A DNA stretch of 64,000 nt, taken from assembly GCA_964187785.1 (NCBI GenBank), contig OZ076409.1, forward strand, positions 20,772,001 through 20,836,000, given 5' to 3'. The notes beneath the pieces are model-generated. The model had not been told where the DNA came from, made no database searches, and saw only the letters and a list, made by a program, of their open reading frames with translations. The position numbers and the translations under genes were made by a program. Of this stretch, positions 25,991 through 39,705 are shown in pieces (within the stretch, counting starts at the first letter, position 1; each line of letters starts with the position of its first letter). This DNA comes from Amphiscolops sp. MND2022 (lineage: Eukaryota).

Positions 25991-26488
25991 TGTAGAATCC
26001 CTGCTTACCAAGCAAGAGGTCGCGGACTCGAATCCAACACAGAACTAAAATCTTTCACTGTTTGCAGTTCTTGACGAGTCAAGGCTATCTGAAGGTTTTT
26101 TCAACACTGTGCCACTGTTTTAAAAGAAAGAATTAAAAGTTATTTTTGTTTTTACTTTCGTTTCGAGGCCACTTCAGATGTTTTTTGGCACTGTGAAATT
26201 TATGAAAATGGGGCGGCTACTTGATACGTTTTCGTCTTATTAGTATTTCTCCGTAAGCTGGAATGTTATTAAAACAGTAGAGTGGACCTTTTATTTTTCC
26301 CTCATTTTGTTCACCAGAATATTACCGCGTGTTCTCTTTCCGCAGTAGTCGAACTGAATTTCGTTGGCAATGTGCCTCTGTCTGTTGTAATTGATCGTTA
26401 GCTGAGAGCTTTCAAGTAAATGCAAAATTTAGTTTACCCTTCTTGTAGAATCGTCTTTTGTTCAACTGTACGAAGTAGATTGTCCTTA

Positions 26489-27489
26489 ATTACACTTGCG
26501 ATAAGCAAGTGTTATGGGAAAGTGCGGGTGCTTTTTTTTCCGCGCGACAACTCTCTGATTTCGCGCGGCAACTCGCACGTTTCACGCGTTCGTGGTCTAG
26601 TGGTAAGATGCTTGCTTTTCAACCCAGAGGTTTCGTGTTCGAACCCGTGGGTATGCGCTAATTTTTTTTACAAGTATTCCGAAGCAGAAGGTTCTGACTT
26701 TTTTCGGCACTATGAGACTTTTCGGCTTTGTGAGACTTTTTTTTCGAAATTTTTTAAATGTCCCCAAAGAGTCCTCCTTTCAATTTTTTTGATATTTTGC
26801 AAGAGAACGAATGTTAAAAAATCCCAAAGGGTCCCTTTTTTCAGAATTTTCGGCACTATGAGACTGTTCAAAATTCTAATTTTTTTTTTCAAAAATTTTT
26901 TAGACTCCCTTATTTTTTTCAAAAATTTTTTGTAAATGTCCCCAAAGCGTCCTCCTTTCAATTTTTTGATATCTTGCAACAGAACGAATGTTATAAAATC
27001 CTAAAGCGTCCCTTTTTCACATTTTTCTGCACTATGCGACTTGGCGGAAACTTTTTTCTCAATTTTTAGTTTTAAAAGACCGTTTTTTTAAAGACCGATC
27101 TTTTTTCTTTGCGACTTTTTTAAAATTTGTTTTCACCGAAGCCCCTGCTCAATTTTTACAAGAAACAAAACGTTTTGCGAGAGAACTCCTCAAGGCTTTG
27201 CGACTTACCGGAGACCATCAAAAATGTTTTCGAAAAATTTTGAATTTTTTTTCTATTTTCTGTTTAAGGTTTTCCGTTGAGAAAGAATGGGTTTTTTGCT
27301 GTTTTCAGTTGTGGAAGAATGGTTTTCGAGGCTTACGCGTATCCCTTCGGGTATTTTTTGGCGCTGTAAAATTGTAAAATTGATGAAATTTTAATCTCCT
27401 TTTACCCTTGGTTTTCCGTATGATATTGCTTATTTGGTTTTCTTCAAAAGTTCGCAAGTGTTTGCGAAGCACGGCTTCGCCTCTGTGTT
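26489..27489 (+). mobile_element. HINE-like family B copy 2
   Basis: Same termini as 9266-10172; near-identical by eye to 58928-59963. Confidence 0.8.
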
Positions 27490-28187
27490 GAATATTGTCG
27501 TTACTTCAAGTGACAAGGTTAATAGTCTCAGATTTGGAATTTTCAGTGCAACTGTAAATGTTTTAGATGCTCCGTATTAAGTTATTTATCTATCCCTAGT
27601 CAACTAGAATTTTCTGCGAAGTCTTTGAAGTTTGGTTGTTTCTATTGAAACTGCGATTTCACTTCTCTCAGAAGTATCAGAAATTATGGAATTTAAAAAA
27701 ATGACTCGTGGAAATCACATTTTTGGCAAATCTGTCTGGTGACGCTGGATTTACTCCTTGAAGTTTATGTTGAACTTTTTGCACTTGCAAAAATATCATT
27801 GAGGCAGAGAGGCAATTTTGTTTTTGAAACGTCGTTTCTAACCTCATGCATAGCTGGGTCAAATCTTGAATGAGCCATTCAACTAGACGCTGAAAATGAA
27901 CCGTTGCTTATTTGAGTAGTTTCGCCAAGTATGAATGAATAAAAGTTTTTTTCCGATAAACTGTTGAAAAAGTCATGCAGAATACTTCTGAATTTTCATT
28001 AAATGAAAAAGCCCTCGCATGACTTGAAAGTTTCACTGCGTCATCAGTTTTGTGAAAGGTTGAATCAAAGATAACATAAATCCTAAAACGTCTTTGAATG
28101 ATCTCATAGTGCAGAAACGGCCAAGATATTTCATGAAAGCTAAATTTTTTCTTGCAGTTGCGGAATTTGTCATTTGTCTTTGTTTAG

Positions 28188-28713
28188 ACCGTTTTACGAG
28201 TGGAACATGAAAGTTGATCAAATGGGCGACACTCCAGCAGCGTCACTTGAAGGTGGACGGGTATACGTGAAAGGAAACATACACACTTTGCATGAAGCTT
28301 TGAAGAAGATGACAGGGAAAGAATCGTACAGCTGTGCGTACTTCGGGGATAGTATATCTTCCGACATAGTTCCCTGTAAGACCGCCGGTCTTTTCCATCC
28401 AATCGCAGTTGTGGAAGAAATGGAGAGTGAAACTGACGACATTGTGATCAAGGAAAAGCTCACTTTCTCAACATCACCCACTGCTGGTCCATGGGGATCG
28501 ATTTTCGCGGATCAATCAAAAGGCGAAGATGGGGCCAAAGTTGCAGAAAAAACAGTTTTGACTCATTTAATCGAACAGAACGCACTTGTTTGTATACCCA
28601 GTGTAGAAGTGCTTCCCAAAACGTACAAAGATGCATTGCCCATTCAAACTTTCAATAACGATGACCCTGCCAAAGGCTGGTTCCCGGGACCCCCAGAAGC
28701 TTTATTAAAATAA
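28188..28713 (+). CDS. NT5DC1: NT5DC1-like exon 4 (terminal)
   Basis: Acceptor ttgtttag, phase 2, gives NHS-PFYEW; GNIHTLHEALKKMTGK..YFGDSISSDI (motif IV), VVEEM, WGSIF. Spliced CDS 1347 nt (448 aa). AATAAA at about 28854. Confidence 0.88.
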
Positions 28714-29271
28714 TGACTATACAATGATTTATATATTTTGACTATACAATATTACACTATTTTTACCCGGATTTTTTCTAATGGCTACGTTATAGTAAAC
28801 TTATATATTTATATATCGTATAATTGACTTTCCGTATTTTTTTCAAGTGAAGTAATAAAGATTTTAAAAGCAACACTCGGCTTCAGAATAGACCTCAGTA
28901 GAGAGCCAGTGCGGTGGTTAGCTAGTAAACGATTTCATTGCGTAATTTCATTCAATTTTTTACTCAAATTGTTCGGCAGAATTTTCAAAAGTGAAGAATT
29001 TGTCTATATAAGAAAATTTTGTGTCTTCAGTCTAAATCGTTTGACATCTTTTATCGCAATTTTGATTGACTTTTGACACATTTGAAAGAAAATTATAATG
29101 CAATTTATTGCGGGCTCTGTTGATAAGACCTTGTACATCCAGTACGAATGCGAAACGTCATCTGCAATTAGTAGTTGTATTTCTGTAGTCCGAGAAGAAT
29201 CAAAGGCGTTGTAAATTGTGCGCTGTATATTTAATTAAAGCAGCGTATAGTTATTTCAGATACATTGTATG

Positions 29272-30000
29272 TTTTTAGTCGGCGCATTTTAGTAGAAAAT
29301 GTGACCGACTCTTACAGTGGGTAGTTTTTTTACTCGCGTAAGGTCCACTTTTTTGTTCATTTGTTCAACTTGACCAAAACATACCGCAAACCCCAGAACC
29401 TCATCCAAAATTATAAAACCGACGTCCAGAACCTCGAAAACAACTAAGGATCCCCACTTTGGTTATCTGGGTGTTTTTAACTTGGATTTTTTTCGGCACT
29501 ATGAGACTTTTTTCGAAAAGTTTTTGATTGTACCAAAGGGCCCCTTCAATTTTTTTTGATATTTTAGAACATAATAGATGTTTGAAAATCCCTAAGGGTC
29601 CCCCCTTTCAGATTTTTCGGCACTATGAGACTGTTCAAAATTGTCATTTTTCATCAGACGTTAGGTTTTTTCAATACATATCCACCAATATATTTTTTAA
29701 ATACTATCCGAAATTTGAACGTAATATCCGGAGTAAAGCGCTATATCCGAATTTTTGACGTTAATTTCCGAAGTATATTCCGTTTTACTGAGGAGGAGGC
29801 GGAGGTTCGAAAACAAGTGCTCGCATTTGTCCCAGCCGCTATATCCGAACTTTTGAAGCGTTTTCCCAGCACGGAAGGCTTCTTTTGGGTGAATCTTTTT
29901 TGTGAGTTTTTCATAAAAAAAACGTCATGAGCATATTTTGAAAATTTTGCACTTTTTGAGCCTTAGATACAGCACCGACTTTGGCCGTTCTCGGCTTGTT
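29272..30000 (+). mobile_element. HINE-like family A copy
   Basis: tttttagtcggcgc ... gcaccgactttggccgttctcggcttgtt. Confidence 0.75.
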
Positions 30001-30115
30001 ATTCTTGAACATTGAAGTTGGCAGTTATTGTAGCTTAAAGCAGAACTATAACTGTGCCTCTCAGTGTCCTATTTTCCTCAGGAAAGGAACTCTTCCCACT
30101 GGTGTTCTTAAAAAG

Positions 30116-30425
30116 TTTTATTCGGCGCTTTTAGAATACTGTCACTCGTTTTTTTGGAAAGGTACCTCTTGTAGAAAATTTTTCTGCGTATTGAGATTTT
30201 TTCGAACATTTTTTTGTCTCCAAAGGGTCCCCTTCGATTTTACGAGGGGTTCCCCTCGTAATATCCTGAATAAAGCGCTATATCCGAACTATTATAGCGT
30301 TTTAGTAAGGAGGAGGTGGAGGTTCGAAAACGGGAGTTTTTCATGAAAAGGTCCTACTCATATTTTAAAAACTGCGCTTTTTCAGCCTTAGATATAGCGC
30401 CGACTTGAGACGTTCCCGTCTTGTT
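30116..30425 (+). mobile_element. HINE-like family A copy (short)
   Basis: ttttattcggcgc ... gcgccgacttgagacgttcccgtcttgtt. Confidence 0.7.
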
Positions 30426-30917
30426 CATTATCATATCCCTTTACTGGAGCAAGAAAGTCTGTCACTTTACAGGGCAATAAAATAATCTCATCAACATTAG
30501 TTATACAGATGCCCTCATCAACATTAGTTATACAGATGACAATGTTTTTGTTGCAACGAAGGATGTGGACCTGCAAAAAACTGTTTTCAGACAGACCAAA
30601 CGATGCGTTCTCTGGGTTTGTTTAGACTTTTCGACGTTTCGTTACCTTTGGTTTTTTGACCTTTTGTGCTAAAAAAGCCCTCTTCTAATTTTTTACCAAC
30701 GGCATTGCTTTCGGATTTTTATGGAAAACAGCATTTTAGTATGTTTGAAAGACAGCTTCTTGGGCCTTAAAGGGGACGTCAGCTTATGCCGTATCCGGCT
30801 TGTTGATCAATGTTCAGAGCTGCTTTTCAGGGCGGCCAATGTTTCACTAATTACTATATAAAATGGATTAACAGTGTATTGGGTGAAAAGGAGAGAGGGT
30901 TGTGCTAGGTTGTTGAA

Positions 30918-31049
30918 ATGCTGGGCCAGAATCTGCTGTCTGTTGTGAAGAAGTATGCATATCCATTCTGTGACTGGTGCGATGTTCTCAACTCCAGAGT
31001 TGCTGCAATTGTCATCGCTGTCTGCTGCCTCATAGTTACCGGCAAACAG
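30918..31049 (+). CDS. Innexin, exon 1 (N-terminus and TM1; not in the ORF track)
   Basis: MLGQNLLSVVKKYAYPFCDWCDVLNSRVAAIVIAVCCLIVTGKQ matches the innexin D..D.L...(TM1)..KQ pattern. Phase-0 donor CAG|GT matches exon 2. Confidence 0.75.
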
Positions 31050-31978
31050 GTCCTGTCAAATTGCATTTCGCTAAAGAGTCCGTATGTTTAAACAGGGCCC
31101 GTGTAATTTCTCGGCCTTTGAAAAATTAACTTCATCTTTTTAGGACCCTGTTGAGTCTGTATTACTATCTTAGTTAATTAGGAACATTTGGAGTGTATTC
31201 GATTCTTGCCAACCAGTTGTCTCTATAGGACTTGTGAGCTACTCTTTATTGAAACTTCTCACCTCTACCAAAAGACAAATTCATTGAATTGTGTTTTTCA
31301 ACCATTGTAGCTAGTTCTTATTTACAAATTTTATAAGAAAATGTGCCCGACTGTTACAGTGACTAGTTTTTTCATAAGACCCAGAATATATGTGAATGGT
31401 CCACTTTTCAACACAGTTTCAATACCCCAGAAATTGAACCCCAGTAAACATGCGCGTTTCCCAAGCAGACGAACGTCGATTCGATGTCTGCCTAGGACTA
31501 AAAATATTTGCTTGCAAACCCGTGACTTGTCAAAGGGCCCCCTTTGTGTTTTTTTTCGAATTCAATTCATCGAAGGGCGGCTAATTTTTCAGAAATGTAG
31601 CAATGAACGTTGTTTATTCATTTCCAACATGAAAAATTTTCTTCTAAAGAGCAACAAGTAAGTATCGGGGCGTGGCGTCATAGGGCGAGATCTAAGGGAA
31701 TTTGAGAGCTAACTTTATTTCAGAAATGTTCGACTGGTGCTAAAATTCATAACAAATGATCAACTTGCTCAGTTGAAGTGTTGTTAGTCTTCGATGAGAT
31801 TTTCGAGCATTCTGGCGGTCCTGTTTCGGAACTATTTTTTATTATTTTAGTTCATTTTTTTCAGGATCTAATGCGGCATATGTAGGGTTGCATAAGTTTG
31901 ATATGGTTGTTGTGATCAACTTATTCAATAGCTTTTGCTTGTAAAGCATCTGCTATTTAATAGGCCAACTTCAGGTCT

Positions 31979-33470
31979 TGTTTGGTGGTTTGTGAGCCAT
32001 ACGACTTATTAATTATAAAAAAGGAGAAAGGTTAAAACGAAGATTACTTGATACCTGTAAGACGGCAGTCTCCAAATAGCAGAATTAAAATAGTGTAAAA
32101 TTAATGAAAGACTATAATAGTAGATTTTCGGGTTTGGCAAAGGCTAAGAAATGCTTCATTTACATTAGGCTTATTTCAGGGTAAAATGTTTTACAAATGA
32201 CGATAAAAGTAAGGACTGGGAAAACAACCTTGAACGTCTTTTCTGGGTGTATGTCATTCTTTCGAAGATCCATGAGCGGGACATTACTTCAATTTCATAA
32301 ACTGGCTGACTCAATACAAGTATGATTCATTCAAACATAAGTCAAAGTCATTCATTAGTCAAAATTCATCAATGAGTAATGCAATGCATAACATGGCCGG
32401 CCCCATTTGCAGGAGGCAAATAAGAAGAGTTTGGTAACGAAAGGTTGATAGTCAACGTCAGTGTTGAGAAAGTTTAGTCGTGATTATCGACGAAGAGTTT
32501 TGAAAGTTTTATGACAGGTCTTTTGATGTTCCAAAAGAAGTAATGAGCTCACACGAGCCAGCCACGTTGTCTGTGCCTTTGGTGACTAACTTGACTTTTC
32601 CGACCAGCCATATTGCACGGGCTGTGTAATCATCTAAGATCCAAACTAAATCTCCAGGTATCAGTTCATCGGAATGTTTCGTACACCTTGATCTTGTGTG
32701 CAGAGATGGCATGTATTCTTTGATGAAACTTGACCAAAAACTGTGTTAAAGATTGGGCATTCTGCGAGCTGTAGGGCTCCGTGTCACTCTCGAAGATACC
32801 TGTCGGTACGATTGCTTGAGGTCTACCAAGTAGTAGATGATTCAGTGTGAGAGGCTTCATGTCGATGATGTCCGAAGAAACTTGGAAGAGAGGTCGATTG
32901 TTCTTTCTTGACTCTACTTCTCAGGCAAAGGTGTAAAGCGTCGAACCGCGCAATCCGATCCAACAATTTTGTAGAAGGTATCTTTGAAAGAGCGGATTAA
33001 CCGCTCCCATGCGCCCCCGTAATGAGGGGCTGCTGTTGGGTTGAAATTTCAGGCGATACGCTGCACACCAAGGCGAGCAGAAATATCAGGTGAAGCTTTC
33101 TCAAGCTTCGTTAGTTCGGCTTTGAGGTCTTTATTGGCAGAGATGAAGGTTGTTGCGTTGTCGGATCTGCAGTGAGGCTGCCCTCTTCGGCAAATAAATT
33201 TCGGATAGCTAAAATTGATTCGACGGTGTTCAGTTTCTCTGTAATTTCAATATGGATTGCTCTGGTGACGAGGCAAGTGACGAGAAGGATAAATCGTTTT
33301 TCGACACGCGTTGCTTTGATGAAAAATTGTCTCAGATGATCAACTCCAGTTGTACGGAATGGAAAGTTGATCGAGGAAGGGAGTCTTTCTTTCGGCAAGT
33401 AAGCCATGATGGGCTGGATGACATCCTGCTGTTGTCTGCGGCAAGTGATGCAATGTCGAATGAGTTGTCG
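31979..33470 (-). mobile_element. BEL/Pao LTR retrotransposon fragment (integrase, C-terminal domain, PPT and probable 3' LTR)
   Basis: CITCRR, LPKERL..PF..TGVD, TCLVTRAIHIE, FNPTAAPHYGGAWERLIRSFK, PLTLNHLLLG, GDLVWI. PPT-like GGGGCCGGCCA then TGT at 32393. Distal LTR end (31979) is uncertain. Confidence 0.85.
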
Positions 33471-33650
33471 TATAGTATAGTATAGTATGGTATAGTATAG
33501 TATAGTATAGTATAGTATAGTATAGTATAGTATATAGTATAGTATAGTATAGTATAGTATAGTATAGTATAGTATAGTATAGTATAGTATAGTATGGTAT
33601 AATATATTATGGTATAGTATAGTATAGTATAGTATAAATTAGTATAGTAT
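33471..33650. repeat. (TATAG)n pentanucleotide microsatellite
   Basis: Direct reading of about 180 bp of tatag units with few variants. Confidence 0.97.
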
Positions 33651-33659
33651 ACACACAGC

Positions 33660-36600
33660 TATATCAGAAAACCAGTCTTCGATATCTACTGTACCGCCGA
33701 CAGAGCAACTGACGGCTATCATCTTGGGGAGTGAACATTTGGAAGACAATGTCAAACGAGTACTAGGGCAATTGGTCAGAGACGATGAAGTAAAAACTCA
33801 ACCAATTGCCAAACTGGAATCGGATGTGCGTCATCTCAATATCAAAGTCAATGAACTGGAAAGATACCTATCAAAAGATTCTCATTTTCCGAATAATGCC
33901 AATTGGTTCGAATGGCTCGATCCTTGAAGATACCTTCGCCTTCATTCGTAATATGTATGTGGACATCCAAGCGTGTGATCTCAAAGCCTGTCATGCTTTA
34001 GGCCCAGTTGTGTTCGATAAACCTCCCGCCATTATTGCAAAATTTGTCTATTTTGACCAAAAGGACCTTATTTGGTCACGGCAGTGATTTCTGAAGAACT
34101 TTGTCAACCCTAACAACAACAGCCCAGTATACATTCACACGAGACTTAGTAAATGTGACAAGGATCTGAAAGAACTAGCCGAAACGAATGGGATGTATGT
34201 TAATACGAATTCAGCGCCCGTTCTACATATCCAACAAGATAATGGAAGTGATAACCCCACGTAATTAATTCAAGATGAGCAAGATGTGATGGAGCTCAAG
34301 CATAAAGCTACAAAGAAGAGACAACGGTCGAGACCCATTTCCAATTTCACGAACAAAAGAGCGGACGGCGTGAAGACAAGACTAGAGAAACACCATATCC
34401 TACCGCTAACAAAATCAATCTTGCCTCCGTGCACACCGCTCACTCCAAGTATCCCAGCATAGTAACGTGGATGCAATAACTTCTCCCCGCCTTCCTTATT
34501 CGATGAGGAGAATATTTTAGTTGAACTGAACGCTCGAATAGACAACATCATTGATTTACCCGACTATTTGAAAGGTCTTCTCAGTGGAACGCCAACTGCC
34601 AAACAACAATCGCTGCAATTGGACGAGATTTTTCGTGTCGAAACGGAAAAACAAGTGGAAACAGTTGAAACCCTGTACCAAATACCGTATTCTCTTGTTC
34701 AAGAGCTGCCTTCGAAAATGAGCCGCACAAATTTTTGAAATTAATAAATAAGAGCTGCCTTCGAATAAGAGCGGCATTTCTTTCGAATTCAGGGATCATC
34801 AAAAGATTTTGTTCATTTTGCGAACAATGAATTACACGGGAAACAACAAAGACTCAAAACAAAGATACACAAATGTATTACACAACCACTCCACAACGAA
34901 GATAATATCCAAATCTAAACTTTCGTCATCAATATCGTCCAAAATTAGATCACCATCGAAATTTTCTTTAGGTTCTTCGATTAGAATAATGCCAACTCGG
35001 GGATCAGTGACTGTAATTAATAAATATGCAGCCTCAGCAGCTTTCCAGGCTGGATACAGGAAATTTTCGACTTGTCAATTGTGGTTATTCCGCAACATTC
35101 GAATGATTTTTTGATATCTGGCTTGACAGTTTCCCAGGCGTCAAGCACCCATTTTGTTTGTTTTTCATAGGCGGGTAACATTGCCCCGTTTTGTGTACTC
35201 AAAAATACCTTCACGATTCCCAGCATCATACTTTTCTCGAAAAAATTCCTTGAAAGGTTTGTTGATAGGGACGTCCAGGGGCTGTAGAAACTTAGTACAC
35301 GCTCCAGGAATAACAGCCATAATACTCATTTGCGTTTTAACTATTGTTTTGACTTCTTCGTTGATGTGACATTGAAACTATCCCACACTTACATTCGCCT
35401 ATTGAACGGAAAGCTGTCGTATATTTCCTTAACCCACTGCAGAGTCAGTTCGTCATTCATCCATCCGTTTTCAGAGCACACCACTTTGAACCCCTTATAG
35501 CTTATAGTTTTCGGAACTTTTGCACCAGGTATAACGACAAACGGGGGTAATTTTGTGCCGTCGCCCCTGACTGCTAGGCAAACTGTGATCCTCTGTTTTT
35601 CGTGGCCAGTGGTTTTGATGGGCACTATTTTTGCACCAACAGATTCAATGGTTGTTGCAGATGGCAATCAGCCCCAATAGGGGTTTCATCCATATTTATG
35701 ATCATTCCAGGTTTGAGGTCGAATATTTGGGCTTGCTCGGCACAGTAGTTAATAAAATTGGATACTTTCAAAATGAAATCTCGAGGAATTGTTTGACCAC
35801 TCGTAGTTGTCCGTCGCAGCGAAAAATTAGTCCGTCTCAAGTATTTTACTAACCATCCTCGGGAAGCCGAAACTTCATGCAGTCCAGCTTTTGACGCCAT
35901 TTCTAGTGCCCAGGTCTGCACTAGCTTGCATGGAACTTGTTGTTGTTCACGTTCGTGGATTATTTTCTTCATCAGTTCCTCCTCAATTGCACCAAGAACT
36001 GGTTTTCGACCACCACCTTGAAGTTTTCGTCGTTTGGCATCAGTTTCGGATAAAAAACTTTTTTTCTTTTGTCTCCATCTTCTAACTTGAGACTCGTCCA
36101 CATTGAATTTCCTGCCTGCCTCACGATTATTTTCCCCCGCAAAATTGATGATTTTTAGCTTAAAGTTAATATCGTCAGATTTTTTCGTATTTGTTGCACT
36201 CATTGTCCAAAATGAAATGACAAATTCCGCGCTGGATTTCTCAGAAACGAGAATGTTTCTGAGAAATGTATTTCTCAGAAATGGGAATGTTTCTGAGAAA
36301 GGTATTTCCGAGAAAATATTTTAAGAGCCGCCTTCGAATAAAAGCCGCCTTCGAACAAGAGCCGCGGAAAAAAGTCGTCGAAAAAATTAGGAGCCGCGGC
36401 TTTTAATCGAGAAAATACGGTACTCAAACTAAATAATAGTAAGCCAGTGTGAAAAATTATTCATCTTGAATGTTACTATCAGATCTTTAGATAAACACTT
36501 CAACGAGTTAGAAGCTGACTTACAAGTAAAAATAATCCTCTAATAGGCTTCACCGAGACCTTTAGCAAGGACGACAAGGCAGCATAATCATTCAATTTAC

Positions 36601-39250
36601 CTGGTTATCATAAGTTGATCACCGGTAACACAACTGACCGTCAACAAGGGGGTCACTTCATGGATAAGTAACAGAATAGGCCACCGCGTGCTTTTGAAAG
36701 ACTACCAGGGAGTGATTAGTCGTAGAAATCCTGTCCCTTCAAAGTTTTAGTTGGGGTCACGTATAGGCGCGAAGGTAAAATCGCCCAAAAAAGCGAGTGT
36801 CTAGATGAAGAATTACAAAACTTGGGTAGTGCCACAGCCAGTGTTATCGCATGTGGAGATTTTAGTATTAATATCTTGAAACGAATTGTCGTTCCACGGA
36901 ACTCGAAGACATAATGAAAAGTAGTAATATTTTTCTTGTAAGCCCAAGAGAAAGTTACCCGCAGATTCAGTCTTTCCGGTGGCTGAGAAAATAGTTTATC
37001 AAAGCTCAATAACCATGTGATGATCAGTTATTGAGCTTTGATAAACTATCATGGTATGGACCGAGTTCGAAAAACATCTAGAGCCAATCATGTCAACAGC
37101 AATGTGGTATGAAAATTTTGAGCCTTTATTGCAACCCCAAACTCTATCAAGTTTGCAAAATGGAATAAGTATGTAACTGGAAAACATTGGTTGGACTAAA
37201 AGTAGCATAGATCAATGTCCCGTTAGTTTGAATGAAATCATTTTGGAAGAAACTGTTATCTATGCACCTCATAAAAGAGTTTTGGTTTGTAAGAACAACT
37301 GGTTAGACAACACGGTGAAGCGTTCCATTAACAAACGTGATGAAATGCATAAGATGATGTGTGATCTCCCTAACGATCCAGAAGTAAAGCATGCATTCAC
37401 CAATCAACGGAATAAGGTGAAATCTTTGATTAGAAATAAGAAACGTCAGCATTTACAATCAAGGTTTGACCAGAGCATAGGAGACCCTAAAGTATTTCAT
37501 CGAAATCTGAATGAAGTTTTCGACAAAGTTGAAGAACCGATACTCCCAACGTTCGATGATGAAAAAACGCTAGATGACTTCAATAAGTTTTCCGCTCTAG
37601 TTGATATTAGGAATCGCGAGTTTATCACTCCGACCAGTGCAACTTTCAACATGAAAGACCAAGAAATGTCTCTATTCATGAAACCTACGAATGAAAACGA
37701 AGTTTCTTGTACAATTGAAACAAAAAACACATCGATGGTATCCGCAGTAAGCTATTGAAGTTTTTGCTTTCCTGCTATTTTGCATGCAATAACTACATTG
37801 TACAACCGCTTCATACGCCAGGGTTTTTTGCCGGATCGATTGAAAGTTGCAATAAACACCCGGTATACAAAAAAAGGGTATCGGGAAAACTTCGTGAAAT
37901 ATAGACCAGTCTCACTGCTACCTTGTATTTCTAAAGTCTTCGAAAACGTTATATACGCCAGGTTGATCAACTACGTAGAAAAGTTTGACCTATTGTCCCA
38001 CCATCAGTATGGACATAGGAAGAAGCGGAGTACTATTGACACATTGACCAATAATATTGAGCAGATCAGGTGCGCAAGTGTCGATGAGAAGCCAACTTTG
38101 CATTTTCTTAGACCTCAAGAAAGCTTTTGATACCATCGATCACTCTTCATTATTGGAAAAGCTATATTGCCTTGGCATCCGTGGTCCTGCCTGTGAACTG
38201 CTCAAATCATATCTCACAAACACGTTGCAATGTGTCTGCATCAAAGGGTTATCTACTCAGATGGAACAAATCAATTGTGGTGTGCCACTAGGTTCTGTAC
38301 TTGGCGCTCTGCTCTTCATCATCTTTATCGATTATCTACCCTCTGTAATTGAAAATCTCACATTGTTCGCTGACGACATTAATATCTTCGAACGAGTACC
38401 TAAAAACGATTACAATGGAGTGTCGAAAACACTGGATACAATTGACAAGTGGATGAAGTTCAACCAAGTCAAATGTAAAGTGGATAAGTCAGAAGCTGTC
38501 ATGTTTGGTAAAAATAAATCCTCCAATTTTACCTTCGGTGATTTGGAATTTAATGTGAAGAGTTCACTTAATACCTGGGCGTGATAATTGATGAAAATCT
38601 TTCCTTCACTGATCATGTGGATAGTACAGAAAACAAGCTCTTATATCATAACAATCTACTCAGAGTTAGACCTCTCCTGGCTCGAGAACAAATGCTGTTA
38701 TATTACCGAACTAGAGTGAATCTCATCATTCAATACGGTGTTCTTTTATACGGTAGTGCTCCCTTCAGCAGATACATAGAACTCAGAGAAAATTTTTTCT
38801 TCCAAAATGTGCCAATGTACAACATTTGATGGCTAGGCATGAACTGCCAACTGTCTATGAGCTCCATATTTACGAATTTATCAAGATGTTAATCGATGCG
38901 ATTTGCGCAAAGCAATCAGTGCCATTCTTGAACCACCTTTTTGAACAACAAAGTAAACCTTATTAATTACGGAAAACGCGTTGAACACTCCACCGTGACA
39001 TATTCTCGCTATGCGAGTGACAAGCAGTCGCTCAATTTCAGAATCCCGTTACTTCTGGATAAACTGTATAAGTGGACTGTTATTCCTGAATCATCAGCAA
39101 TAAAGAGCTGGACACCTCATTATCAACAATTCTGAAAAATTAGATCATAGTTAACCAAGAATTCATAGATGCTGTGTATGGACTATCTCGAAATAAATGA
39201 ATTCGTGCTACCGTCTGCTTCCAAAAACTCCAAGAGATTATCATGAATAA
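33660..39250 (+). mobile_element. Decayed CR1/L2-group LINE (ORF1 about 33720-34600; APE+RT ORF2 about 36440-39190), split by a pogo insertion
   Basis: ORF1 coiled coil plus DLKACHALG..IIAKFVYF; ORF2 LNVTIRSL, GFTET, CGDFSI, YRPVSLLPCISKVFE, FLDLKKAFDTIDH, GVPLGSVLG, FADD. Many stops and frameshifts. Confidence 0.9.
34685..36420 (-). mobile_element. pogo-family DNA transposon (POGK-like: Brinker-type DBD, CENP-B HTH, DDE_1), frameshifted
   Basis: TA-CCGTATTCTC... and ...GAAAATACGG-TA termini, subterminal gagc(c/t)gccttcgaa repeats. ORF pieces FKLKII...VRRWR, SASRGWL, NMDETP, TTGHEKQRITVCL...GTKLPP, SENGWM, LQPLDV. Confidence 0.92.
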
Positions 39251-39705
39251 AGTTTTGTGATAATTGCCTGACACAGTTGTTTTTTTTTGCGATCAGATAA
39301 GATATGTTAGCCACACTAGAAACATTGGTGAAACATCGATCCTTCACATCGGGATCCCAAAACTTCTGGCAGTTTTGGGTTATCGAGTGTTTCTAGTGCA
39401 AGTCTAACATCGCTTGGAATAGTTGATGAATGATCAACATCGCTCGTAGAAACAGTTTTCCCAATTTGAGATATCATCGATCGTTTTCTCAAATTGGGAA
39501 ACATCATTTTTTCGGCGAAAGTATTTACAAAATCGCCCTAGGAGTTAACATATGCCCAAATTTACACCTCTCAATTTTTTTAAAATTTCAATGCTGTTCA
39601 TACAGGCGGTCTAAGGCTATAGCTACAGGTCATAAAATCGAGTAGCACTGATCTCATGTGTCAACAGGTGTAAAACCTTTACTATAACCCAAACACTGGC
39701 TTATG

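Noticed and set aside
30875..31187. Solo LTR (TGTA...AACA)
   Set aside because: No TSD; the GC-rich core is better explained as innexin exon 1.
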